64,000 nucleotides of DNA from an uncultured Holophagales bacterium (GTDB lineage: Bacteria; Acidobacteriota; Thermoanaerobaculia; Multivoradales; UBA5704), in assembly GCA_963842525.1 (NCBI GenBank), contig CAWJGT010000003.1:1824001-1888000 (forward strand). The letters run 5' to 3'. Made by a program: the position numbers and the translations under genes. The notes beneath the pieces were generated by a model that saw only the letters and a program-made list of their open reading frames with translations, had not been told where the DNA came from and searched no databases. Within the stretch, counting starts at the first letter, position 1. Each line of letters starts with the position of its first letter. This document shows positions 56,276 to 64,000 of this stretch, one piece after another.

Positions 56276-56315
56276 TTGACGTGGTCCCACTCTTCGCGTA
56301 CGCTTTTCCGTACGC
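56276..56315 (+). promoter_or_regulatory. Sigma-70 promoter and palindromic operator of the TA operon
   Basis: TTGACG-N17-TACGCT overlapped by two CGTACG palindromes. Confidence 0.6.
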
Positions 56316-56330
56316 CGAAGGAGACAGCGA

Positions 56331-56573
56331 ATGACTACAATCACCGCCACCGATGCCCGCAAGATCCTCTACAAGCTGCTGGACGATGTGGCTGACTCGC
56401 ATGAGCCTATCCAGATCACCAGCAAGCGCGGCAATGCAGTCCTCGTTGCCGAGGAGGACTGGCGGGCCGTACAAGAGACCCTCTATCTCGTCTCCTTCCC
56501 CGGAATGAGGGAGTCCATTCTCGAAGGAATGAGCACGCCGGTTGAGGAGTGCGAAAAGGATCTCGACTGGTGA
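56331..56573 (+). CDS. yefM: Phd/YefM antitoxin
   Basis: ARKILYKLLDDV..HEPIQIT..GNAVLV..W..QETLYL..PGMRESI. Confidence 0.92.
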   Translation: MTTITATDARKILYKLLDDVADSHEPIQITSKRGNAVLVAEEDWRAVQETLYLVSFPGMRESILEGMSTPVEECEKDLDW

Positions 56574-56833
56574 GTTGGACGCTCGTCTATACGAAGCAAG
56601 CCAAGAAGGATGCGAAGAACCTCACGGCCGCGGGTTTGAAGCCGAAGGCGCAACGCCTGCTCGCGATTCTCGAAGAGAACCCGTATCGCACCCCGCCTGT
56701 GTACGAGAAGCTCGTCGGCGATCTGGCTGGAGCGTACTCCCGGCGCATCAACATCCAGCATCGGCTCGTCTACCAGATCCTTGACGACATCCAGACCGTC
56801 AAGGTGCTGCGGATGTGGACGCACTACGAGTAG
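56570..56833 (+). CDS. yoeB: Txe/YoeB toxin
   Basis: YEKLVGDLAGAYSRRINIQHRLVY..RMWTHYE; GTGA overlap. Confidence 0.94.
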   Translation: MSWTLVYTKQAKKDAKNLTAAGLKPKAQRLLAILEENPYRTPPVYEKLVGDLAGAYSRRINIQHRLVYQILDDIQTVKVLRMWTHYE

Positions 56834-56847
56834 GGCAACAAGCGCCC

Positions 56848-57789
56848 TTACTGAATCGCTTCGACGATCTCGATTGCGTTGAGCGCGCCGCCGCGGGTGA
56901 GGTTGTCCATGACGGCCCAGATCCAGAAGCCGCCGAGGACGTCCTTGCGTGCCGGGCCATAGGTCACTTTTTCGCTCGCGGCGGCATCGATGGGTCCCAG
57001 ATGGCGGGGCCGGTCCGACAGCTCCAGATGAGAATGGGCGGCCAGGGCCTTGCGCACGGCCTGGATGCCAACGTTGCTGGCGAAGCGGACGTAGAGGCTT
57101 GCCGAGAGGCTGTGGAAGACCGCACCTTGGACGACCTGGAGGGCCATTGGCTGCTGCTCGCCCAGGACGGCCTGCAGGGTCTCGGTCAAGGAGAGCGCGT
57201 CGGCCGTGGTCGGCAGGAGGTTGAAGGCGAGCTGGGAGCCGAAGACCGGGGTCGGCCGGCGCGGCACCATGGCCACGATCTCCCGGGTCTGCTCGAAGAG
57301 CTCCTCGATGCCGGGATCGCCGAGCATCGAGGCCGGCTGGACCACGGTGGCCACCATGGATTCGGGGCCCAGCCCGCGCAACGGGTGGAGGAGGTGGGCG
57401 AGCAGCACGACCGCCGGATGCGGCGATACGAGGGTCTGCCCCGGCCGCGCCGCTTCGCTGTTGACGCCGGCTACGACCGGGGTACCGTCCTCCGGGGTGG
57501 CGTCGGGCGAGAGGACCACGCCGGTCGTTCCGGGCGGAAGATCGCCGAAGAGCGGGCGGTTGGCGGCGATCGGCCCGCAGAAGTAGACGGTCGAGACCCC
57601 TTGCAGGCTTTCCGGCTCGTAGCGTGTCACCAGGGCGGCGGCGCCGGCGGCCTCGGTCAGGCCTCCGATCTCGTCCTCGCGGGTGCTGAGGAGACGGATC
57701 TCCTGCCACTGGCGGGACCGGTTTTCGATCGTCGACAGGAGCTCCTTGCCGAGGAGGTTCGACGGGTGGAGGATGGCGATGCCGCTCAT
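56848..57789 (-). CDS. Aspartate-semialdehyde dehydrogenase-like protein (catalytic Cys apparently absent)
   Basis: LLGKEL, QLAFNLLP, MDNLTRGGALNA; SPHP in place of NPNC. Confidence 0.8.
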   Translation of the reverse strand: MSGIAILHPSNLLGKELLSTIENRSRQWQEIRLLSTREDEIGGLTEAAGAAALVTRYEPESLQGVSTVYFCGPIAANRPLFGDLPPGTTGVVLSPDATPEDGTPVVAGVNSEAARPGQTLVSPHPAVVLLAHLLHPLRGLGPESMVATVVQPASMLGDPGIEELFEQTREIVAMVPRRPTPVFGSQLAFNLLPTTADALSLTETLQAVLGEQQPMALQVVQGAVFHSLSASLYVRFASNVGIQAVRKALAAHSHLELSDRPRHLGPIDAAASEKVTYGPARKDVLGGFWIWAVMDNLTRGGALNAIEIVEAIQ

Positions 57790-58589
57790 GGAGGGACCTC
57801 GGCCGGTGGGGGTGGAGGCGCGCCGTCGTCGATGCGGGCACCGCCAGGACGAAGGCGGCCCACGAAGTAGGCGAGCGGCCCATAGAGGGTGTAGAGCATC
57901 GCCAGGGTCAGGAAGGCCGCCCGCGGGATGAAATAGATGGTCAGGACCACGGCGGCGATGGGCACCAGGGCGCGGAAGCTCCAGCGCTTGCGGAGGTCGA
58001 CCTTCTTGCCGCTCGGATAGCGGAAGGTCGAGACCATGAGGGCGCCGACCACCAGCAGGGCCGTGGCCACCAGCACCTGCATCCAGACGCGCCACTGCGA
58101 GTCGGGCGCGAAGAAGAGCAGCGAGCAGATGGCCCCTCCCGCCGCCGGCGTCGGCAGGCCGACGAAAAAGCGGGCGTCCACGATCTTGGTCTGGACGTTG
58201 AAGCGGGCCAGCCGGGTCGCGCAGCAGACCATGTAGAAGAGCGACAGCAGCCAGGCGTCGGGATGGAAGTCGCCCAGCCCCCAGAAGTAGGTCAGGAGGG
58301 CCGGCGTGGCCCCGAAGGTGATGACATCGGCCAGCGAGTCGTACTCCTTGCCGAAGTCGCTCTCGGTGCCGGTCAGCCGGGCGATGCGGCCGTCCAGGGA
58401 GTCGAGGAGGGCGGCGGCGAAGACCAGCAGCGCTGCCTTCTGGAAGTCGCCGTCGCGGTAGCCGCAGACGATGGCGTAGAAGCCGAGCAGCATGTTGCCG
58501 ATGGTGAACAGGCTCGGCAGCAGGTAGGCACCGCGGCGGACCCGCTGGCCCATCCTGCGGCGGGCCGGAGAGGCCGGCTCGATGATCAT
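57786..58589 (-). CDS. pssA: CDP-diacylglycerol--serine O-phosphatidyltransferase
   Basis: DSLDGRIAR..FGKEYDSLADVITFG..P, RLARFN, FVGLPTP. Confidence 0.95.
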   Translation of the reverse strand: MIIEPASPARRRMGQRVRRGAYLLPSLFTIGNMLLGFYAIVCGYRDGDFQKAALLVFAAALLDSLDGRIARLTGTESDFGKEYDSLADVITFGATPALLTYFWGLGDFHPDAWLLSLFYMVCCATRLARFNVQTKIVDARFFVGLPTPAAGGAICSLLFFAPDSQWRVWMQVLVATALLVVGALMVSTFRYPSGKKVDLRKRWSFRALVPIAAVVLTIYFIPRAAFLTLAMLYTLYGPLAYFVGRLRPGGARIDDGAPPPPPAEVPP

Positions 58590-59233
58590 GTCGTCCCTCC
58601 TGGGCCTGGCGGCAGGGCCACCGGGGTGGCCCCGTTCTTCAGGCGGTCCCCTTTCCTGACCAGGACCTGGTAGCTCTCCGGCACCAGGAGGTCCACCCGC
58701 GAGCTGAACTTGATCAGGCCCATCGCCTGTGCCCGGTGCACGTGGTCCCCCTCTTTGAGGTAGCAGACCACCCGGCGGGCGAGCAGGCCCGCGATCTGCC
58801 GCACTCCCACCAGGTCGCCGTCCGGGCGGCGGATGACCGTGAGGTGCTTTTCGTTGACCTCTCCGGCGTCCTCGCGGAAGGCGGCGACCTTCTTGCCGGC
58901 GGTATGGCGGGAGACGGTTACCTCGCCCGCCGCCGGCGCTTTCTGCACGTGGACGTCGAACACCGAGAGGAAGGTGACGACCCGATGGTAGCGGCCGGGC
59001 CCGATCTCCGGGTCCTCGATCGTGTCGACCCGCGTGATCAGGCCGTCCGCCGGGGCGAGCACGGCCCCGGCCTCCCCCTCGTAGCGCCGCGACGGATCGC
59101 GGAAGAAGAGCAGGATCAGCAGGCCGAGGACGAGCGCGAACGCTCCCCATCCAGAGTGGCCGAGCAAGAGGAGCAGGACCGCCAGGAAGATGAACGGCAG
59201 GACGAAGGGCCAGGCTTCGCGGGCGAACTTCAT
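58586..59233 (-). CDS. psd: Phosphatidylserine decarboxylase (short type)
   Basis: FFRDP.R, APADG, DVHV, QIAGLLARR, IKFSSRVD. Confidence 0.92.
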   Translation of the reverse strand: MKFAREAWPFVLPFIFLAVLLLLLGHSGWGAFALVLGLLILLFFRDPSRRYEGEAGAVLAPADGLITRVDTIEDPEIGPGRYHRVVTFLSVFDVHVQKAPAAGEVTVSRHTAGKKVAAFREDAGEVNEKHLTVIRRPDGDLVGVRQIAGLLARRVVCYLKEGDHVHRAQAMGLIKFSSRVDLLVPESYQVLVRKGDRLKNGATPVALPPGPGGTT

Positions 59234-59244
59234 GGGACGGCGCG

Positions 59245-59481
59245 TCAGGCGGTAACCCGCGATTCGCGGTGTTGCCGCAGGATCTCTTCCATCTTGTCCT
59301 TCAGCACCAGCTTGTGGAGCTTGATCTTCTTTTCCTCGGCCTCGTCGTCCTGCGAGAAGAGCGATTTGTGGTTCAGCTCCTGGAGGCGCCGCTCGTACTC
59401 CTGGTGCTCTTCGTACAAGCGGTGGAAGTCGTCGTCGGTCTGAATCAGCTCCTGCTTCAGGGCTTCATCCCTGTTCGGCAT
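59245..59481 (-). CDS. DUF465/YdcH-family protein
   Basis: FHRLYEEHQ..KLHKLVLKDKM. Confidence 0.85.
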   Translation of the reverse strand: MPNRDEALKQELIQTDDDFHRLYEEHQEYERRLQELNHKSLFSQDDEAEEKKIKLHKLVLKDKMEEILRQHRESRVTA

Positions 59482-59753
59482 GGCATCGGCCTCCTTGAAG
59501 GATGCGGAAGGGTGGTCCGTATGGACCTGGGCTGTGAGTGAAAGAAGAGAGAGCGGGTCTGCGGCGCGAGACGCTCACCGGCGGATCGTCTCCCGGATAC
59601 GCTCCCGCCCGGGTTCCTGGATGGAGGGGCGGGACGTGATGGTAGCTGGGGTCACCATGCTCCGGCCCGAGGATAGCACCCTGCCGTGCGGCTTGGGTAG
59701 TCAAGGGAGGCCGGCGCGGAGGAGCCGCGCCGGCCTGGGGATGGGCTGTGGGC

Positions 59754-61685
59754 CTACTCGCAGATCTTCCAGTGCGCGCGATAGGCGCCGGTCACGGTGG
59801 GGGAGGGGTTGTCGCTCCACCCACCGGAGATCTTGCCGACCGCGATCCCGGAGGCGGCATTGAAGATCCGGGCGGAGAACTCGCCCGAGCTCGTCGTCGT
59901 GAAGGTCCACGTCCCCGACACGGTGTAGTCCGGGTCGGGGGCCAGGCCGTCGTAGAGGATGCCGTTGACGAGGGTGCCGCCGGCCGAGCTGGTCCAGACC
60001 AGGTCGGCGGTGAATTTGTACTGGAAGACGCCGGCCGGATCGTAGAGGTAACCGGCGACGCTCCCGGGCGTCGTCCCGGTGGGCACCGGCTGGTCCCAGG
60101 ATCCGGTGGAATAACCGTTCCGGCAGGTGAAGCAGCCCGAGGTGTCGAAGGCCGCGCAGGTCGCGCTGCAGGACAGGGTGCCGCCGGTGAAGCCCTGACT
60201 GGCGCAGGTCGCGCCGCCGAGGTCGGTGCCGTCGCAGACTTCGGCCGGCGCCTCGAGGATGTTGTTGCCGCAGGCCGTCCAGCCGACGTCGGTGAACTGC
60301 TGCATCGTGAGGTCGACCCCGTGCGTGAGGTCGGCGTTGATGGCGGGCTCCATCAGGAGGTTGGGGGAGGCGATCACGTCCCAGTGCGAGATCGAGGAGC
60401 CCGGTTGGACCGGGTTCGGGGCCCAGAGCAGCACGTGGCCGTTGGGGTCCGCGCCGAGCAGGACGGACATGTTGATCCCCAGGGTGCCGCTGACCCCCAC
60501 CCCGAGCTGCGCCTTGAACCTGTTGCCGTCGGCGAGGCTGATCCGGACCGAGGGGATGGTGATCGTCGGATCGACGCCGGCCATGCCGGCGGGCGGGCTG
60601 CCCGCGACGTTGTCCGCCACCAGGACGCCCACGGCGCCGACCGCCTGCGCGTTCGCCACCTTCTGGGTGAAGGGGCAGGTGCCGCGGTCGACCAGCGCGA
60701 GGTTGCCGTTGATGGCCGCTCCGTTGGTGATCGGCTCGCAGGCGTCGCTGGTCACGCCGACGCCGTCGTTGGCGAGGATGACATTGCCGCTGACCCCGGG
60801 GCTGGAGAGCGGCGGCCCGAAGTCGGCGGCGCCGATCCGGTAGGTCCAGGCGATCGCCGGCGGCGAGGTGATGGTCACCGCCGGCGTGCCGGGGATGAGG
60901 ATGGACGGCGCGGCTGCCGTGACGTCCGGTCCGTCCCACACGACCCGGTTGGTGTTGATGGCCGAGGCGACGCGCTGCGCGTTGGTCATCTGGTTCCAGT
61001 GCAGGTTGACCTCGGTGTCGAACGTGAAGCGGGTGTAGATGTCGGGCAGGCCGCCAGCGAGCGCGCCGGTGGTCTTGTTGACGAACTCAGAGAACCCGAA
61101 GCCGTGGGCGAACTCGTGGAGCAGCACGGTGACGAGGTCGATGTTGCCGCCATGGTTGTTGTCGAGGCCGTAGTACCAGCTCGTGGCTCCAAGGCAGGTC
61201 GGGTTGTCGATCAGGTCGTTGAAGAAGGCGATCATGTCGTCTGCGTTGGTCCCCGGCGGGCCGGGGTTCAAGTCGAAGCCGGCGAGCGAGTTGGCGAGCG
61301 CGCCGTGATACCAGGTGTTGGGGAAGGGCGCGTTGGGGAAGTTGGAGAAGACCTGAATGGTCCCCGCGGCGCCCAGCGTCGCGGCGGTCGGGGTGCAGGC
61401 GAGCGGCGGGTTCGGATGGAAGGTCGCCTGGACGAAGATCGGGACGCTGCTGTTGATGATGCCGCTCCAGATGGTGGCGGCGTGCTGGAACGCGTTGATC
61501 CGCTGGGCGCCCACGGTGGTCCCGGGGTTGCCGCCGACCGGTGCCACCACAGTGGGGTCGTCGAAGCCGAGACCGGTCCCGGCGTCGAGGTTGACGATGT
61601 TGATGGTGGCGGTGCCGAAGGCCGGCGGCGCCACGAGGACAGCCAGGACGAGGGCGGAGAGCAGGGTGAAGAAGCGCTGTCTCAT
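59754..61685 (-). CDS. Secreted zinc metallopeptidase with PA domain and Cys-rich repeat
   Basis: Signal peptide, LLHEFAHGFG, LVDRGTCPF..K..NAQ..GA (PA domain), SSISHWD, CGNNILE..EVCDG. Confidence 0.9.
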   Translation of the reverse strand: MRQRFFTLLSALVLAVLVAPPAFGTATINIVNLDAGTGLGFDDPTVVAPVGGNPGTTVGAQRINAFQHAATIWSGIINSSVPIFVQATFHPNPPLACTPTAATLGAAGTIQVFSNFPNAPFPNTWYHGALANSLAGFDLNPGPPGTNADDMIAFFNDLIDNPTCLGATSWYYGLDNNHGGNIDLVTVLLHEFAHGFGFSEFVNKTTGALAGGLPDIYTRFTFDTEVNLHWNQMTNAQRVASAINTNRVVWDGPDVTAAAPSILIPGTPAVTITSPPAIAWTYRIGAADFGPPLSSPGVSGNVILANDGVGVTSDACEPITNGAAINGNLALVDRGTCPFTQKVANAQAVGAVGVLVADNVAGSPPAGMAGVDPTITIPSVRISLADGNRFKAQLGVGVSGTLGINMSVLLGADPNGHVLLWAPNPVQPGSSISHWDVIASPNLLMEPAINADLTHGVDLTMQQFTDVGWTACGNNILEAPAEVCDGTDLGGATCASQGFTGGTLSCSATCAAFDTSGCFTCRNGYSTGSWDQPVPTGTTPGSVAGYLYDPAGVFQYKFTADLVWTSSAGGTLVNGILYDGLAPDPDYTVSGTWTFTTTSSGEFSARIFNAASGIAVGKISGGWSDNPSPTVTGAYRAHWKICE

Positions 61686-61689
61686 GGCA

Positions 61690-62118
61690 TTACTCCGTTT
61701 CCGCCGCCGGCTGTGGCCGGGGAGCCGGGGCAAGGCCGAACAGGGCGCGGGCCTGCCGGATGTCGCTGGTGCAGTTGAGCTTCAAGGTGCCGTCCGCGCT
61801 CTTCTGGATGAGGGCGGCGTTGAGGAAGCTGCCCTGGAGGTCGAGGACCAGCGTGCCGTCGGCGCGCTCCTCGGGCTTCAGGTCTTCTGTGGACTGGCGG
61901 AAGAGCTGCTCCAGGGAAGCGGACAGCGTTCGCATTTCCTCGGGCGTGGGGGCGCGCAACTGCCCCGTTGCCGGGTCGATGGCGACCTGGACGCCGCTGG
62001 CCGCGGGCGCCGCGGCCTTGCCGGATACGGGCTTGTCCTGGGCCATGCCGGCCGCGGACGCGGCGACGGCCAGGGCGAGCGCCAGGATCAGGGCTCCTCG
62101 CATGATGCCGATTCGCAT
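61690..62118 (-). CDS. Secreted partner/propeptide-like protein of the PA peptidase
   Basis: Signal peptide, IDPATGQLRAPTPEE, ADGT..LDL, terminal Cys. Confidence 0.78.
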   Translation of the reverse strand: MRIGIMRGALILALALAVAASAAGMAQDKPVSGKAAAPAASGVQVAIDPATGQLRAPTPEEMRTLSASLEQLFRQSTEDLKPEERADGTLVLDLQGSFLNAALIQKSADGTLKLNCTSDIRQARALFGLAPAPRPQPAAETE

Positions 62119-62236
62119 GTTCGGTTTCCTCCGTGGGAAAAGAAGTTGAGGGTTGGCCGCTCCCCGAGCGGGAGCGCGTTCGGACACCCTCTGAGAGGAA
62201 GAGCGAGAATCGGCGGAGTTTTCGACGATTGTTTCT

Positions 62237-62293
62237 CCCCCCTCTCCCGGCGGGGGGTGGAAGGGAGATGGGAGAGGGGGTCAGGGGGGTGAG
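62237..62293. repeat. REP-like element (CCTCACCCCC family, inverted) at the 3' end of rimI
   Basis: CCCCCTCTCCCGG..GGGAGATGGGAGAGGGGG..GGGGGTGAGG. Confidence 0.85.
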
Positions 62294-62739
62294 GACACCG
62301 GCCGCGAGAGCACCAGGGCGTCCGAGCCGTCCCGGTAGTAGCCGCGGCGCCTTCCCGCCGGCGCGAAGCCGAGGGCGCGATAGAGGGAGATCGCCGCTTC
62401 GTTGTCGATCCGGACCTCGAGGAGGCAGGTCTTGATGCCCGCCTGCCGCAGCCGCTCCAGGCCGTGCTCCACCAGGGCGCGGCCGACGCCGCGGCGGCGT
62501 TCGGCGGACAGGACCGCGAGGCGCAGCAGCTCCGCCTCTCCCCAGCCATGACGGAAGGCGGAGTAGCCGCACGCGGGCAACTCCCCCCAGGAGGCCTGAT
62601 GGAGGAGGGCGGTCGGCTGCTCGAGCTCGCCGGCGAGCATCTCCAGGGACCAGGGGTCTCCGAAGGTGGACGCCTCGAGCCAGGCGATCCGGGTCAGGTC
62701 GTCGCGCAGCACCGGCCGGATGACGAGCGGATCGGTCAC
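62281..62739 (-). CDS. rimI: Ribosomal-protein-alanine N-acetyltransferase
   Basis: PWS, EAELLRLAV..RRRGVG, LEVR..N..AISLY..GF..GRRRGYY; adjacent to tsaB. Confidence 0.88.
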   Translation of the reverse strand: MTDPLVIRPVLRDDLTRIAWLEASTFGDPWSLEMLAGELEQPTALLHQASWGELPACGYSAFRHGWGEAELLRLAVLSAERRRGVGRALVEHGLERLRQAGIKTCLLEVRIDNEAAISLYRALGFAPAGRRRGYYRDGSDALVLSRPVSSPP

Positions 62740-63446
62740 GGTCGTACGGGTTCCGGGGTGGGCCTGCGGGAGCGGGGGAGGGAGATGGCGGCGGGGCGTG
62801 AATAGAGAGGAGAGATCAGACGCGCCGGGTCCCAGACGGCGTCCGGTCCGGACGCCAGCCGGGCCGCGACCGAGGCCAGAGGCGGGGAAGGGCCGGGCTC
62901 ATGCAGGCGGATCTCCGGAGGCCAGCCTGGCAGGTCCGCCAGCCGCGAGGCGCCGAAGCCCACGATCATTCCGGCCCCCGCCGCGAACAGCTCCGGCAGG
63001 CGGCTCCCCGGCAGCAGCTCCATCCCGCTCAACGGCCGGGGCGGGATCTCTCCGGAGAACGCCTGGGCGCTCCACTCGCCGCGCAGCGCGTCGACGATCG
63101 CCACGACAACATCATCCGCGGACCCGGACGCGGCGGCGGCCAGCACCTGGAGCGTGTCGAGCGCGGTCGCGGCGATGCCCAGCGACTGGTGGAAGCCGAG
63201 GGCGGTGGCGAGCCCGATGCGCAGCCCCGTAAAGCTCCCCGGCCCGCGCAGTGCCACGACGCCGCCCAGGTCCGCCGGCCGCGCTCCCACCTCGGCGAGC
63301 AGGTCGCGAATCATCCCCAGCATCTGACCGGCCGAGCGCTCCATCCCGGCCGCGCGCTCGGCCAGCACCTCGCCGTCCCGCGCCAGCGCCGCGCTCACCC
63401 AGGGAGAGCCGGCGTCGAGGACGAGGAGGAGGGGGGAGGGGGGCAT
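62736..63446 (-). CDS. tsaB: tRNA threonylcarbamoyladenosine biosynthesis protein TsaB
   Basis: GPGSFTGLRIG, DALRGE, P.Y.R. Confidence 0.92.
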   Translation of the reverse strand: MPPSPLLLVLDAGSPWVSAALARDGEVLAERAAGMERSAGQMLGMIRDLLAEVGARPADLGGVVALRGPGSFTGLRIGLATALGFHQSLGIAATALDTLQVLAAAASGSADDVVVAIVDALRGEWSAQAFSGEIPPRPLSGMELLPGSRLPELFAAGAGMIVGFGASRLADLPGWPPEIRLHEPGPSPPLASVAARLASGPDAVWDPARLISPLYSRPAAISLPRSRRPTPEPVRP

Positions 63447-63506
63447 GGGGGAAGTATAGGCGGCCCCTGTTGTCGCCCCCGCGGGGAACCGATAATCTCT
63501 CTTTCC

Positions 63507-64000
63507 ATGCCGTCTCTCGCCGCTCCCGTCTCCCTCGGGTCGTTGACCCCCATGCTCCGCCAGTACCTGGAGGTCAAGGCGGAGCATCCGGACGCCGTCC
63601 TCATGTACCGGATGGGGGATTTCTACGAGATGTTCTTCGAGGACGCCCGGCGGGCGGCGCCGCTCCTGGAAGTGCAGCTCACCGCCCGCAACAAGGGGAC
63701 CGGGAACGAGGCCCCCATGTGCGGCATTCCCTATCACGCCCTGGAGTCCTATCTCGGCAAGCTGATCGCCGCCGGCCTCAAGGTGGCCATCTGCGACCAG
63801 GTCGAGGACCCGGCGCAGGCCAAGGGCCTGGTCAAGCGCGAGGTCACCCGGGTCGTCACCCCCGGCACGCTGAGCGATCCCGCGTTGTTGGACGGAAAGG
63901 AGGAGAACCTCCTGGCCGGGCTGGTATGGGATGGAGAGGGCGGAAGCGGCGCCTTCCTCGACCTGTCGACCGGCAGCTTCTTCATCCGCCGCTGGCGTTC
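63507..64000 (+). CDS. mutS: DNA mismatch repair protein MutS (partial)
   Basis: Not in ORF track; LTPMLRQYLEVK..RMGDFYEMFFEDA..PMCGIPYHA..KVAICDQ..REVTRVVTPGT. Confidence 0.97.
   Translation, partial: MPSLAAPVSLGSLTPMLRQYLEVKAEHPDAVLMYRMGDFYEMFFEDARRAAPLLEVQLTARNKGTGNEAPMCGIPYHALESYLGKLIAAGLKVAICDQVEDPAQAKGLVKREVTRVVTPGTLSDPALLDGKEENLLAGLVWDGEGGSGAFLDLSTGSFFIRRWR

Noticed and set aside
56331-56833. YefM-YoeB as part of the eCIS system
   Set aside because: Ordinary type II TA pair separated from the island by unrelated genes.
59482-59753. Riboswitch or ncRNA in the intergenic region
   Set aside because: No recognisable conserved RNA motif; an Rfam/Infernal search would be needed.

Overview
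High-GC window, probably Acidobacteriota (Thermoanaerobaculia-like; inferred from the C-terminal domain of 9547..10377 and the asd-like/pssA/psd/rimI/tsaB/mutS block). It is dominated by two architecturally different, convergently transcribed extracellular contractile injection systems (eCIS, Afp/PVC-like), with no capsid, terminase or T6SS membrane genes. eCIS-1 (+, ~2.4-32.4 kb) has one sheath, one tube, a gpV-type spike and two DUF6519 fibre paralogues, and ends in a 1307-aa deaminase toxin plus an HExxH protein. eCIS-2 (-, ~53.1-33.8 kb) has two sheaths, two tubes, PAAR and a PD-(D/E)xK nuclease effector. An ECF sigma/zinc anti-sigma pair sits between them. Four less obvious features were read directly from the DNA. 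(i) Six copies of a TGAGGG-N17-CGTT promoter-like motif lie before five eCIS-1 genes and before the ECF sigma gene. (ii) Four copies of a different motif, TGAAACC-N14/15-GCATC, lie before eCIS-2 sub-operons. (iii) In both systems the gene at the tape-measure-like position is packed with in-frame REP-like palindromes of several families. (iv) A recombination scar at 53.2-53.5 kb copies parts of the eCIS-1 toxin/HExxH end and brackets eCIS-2. eCIS-1 carries many small frameshifts, which may be assembly errors. All family assignments come from motif recognition by eye, not database searches.
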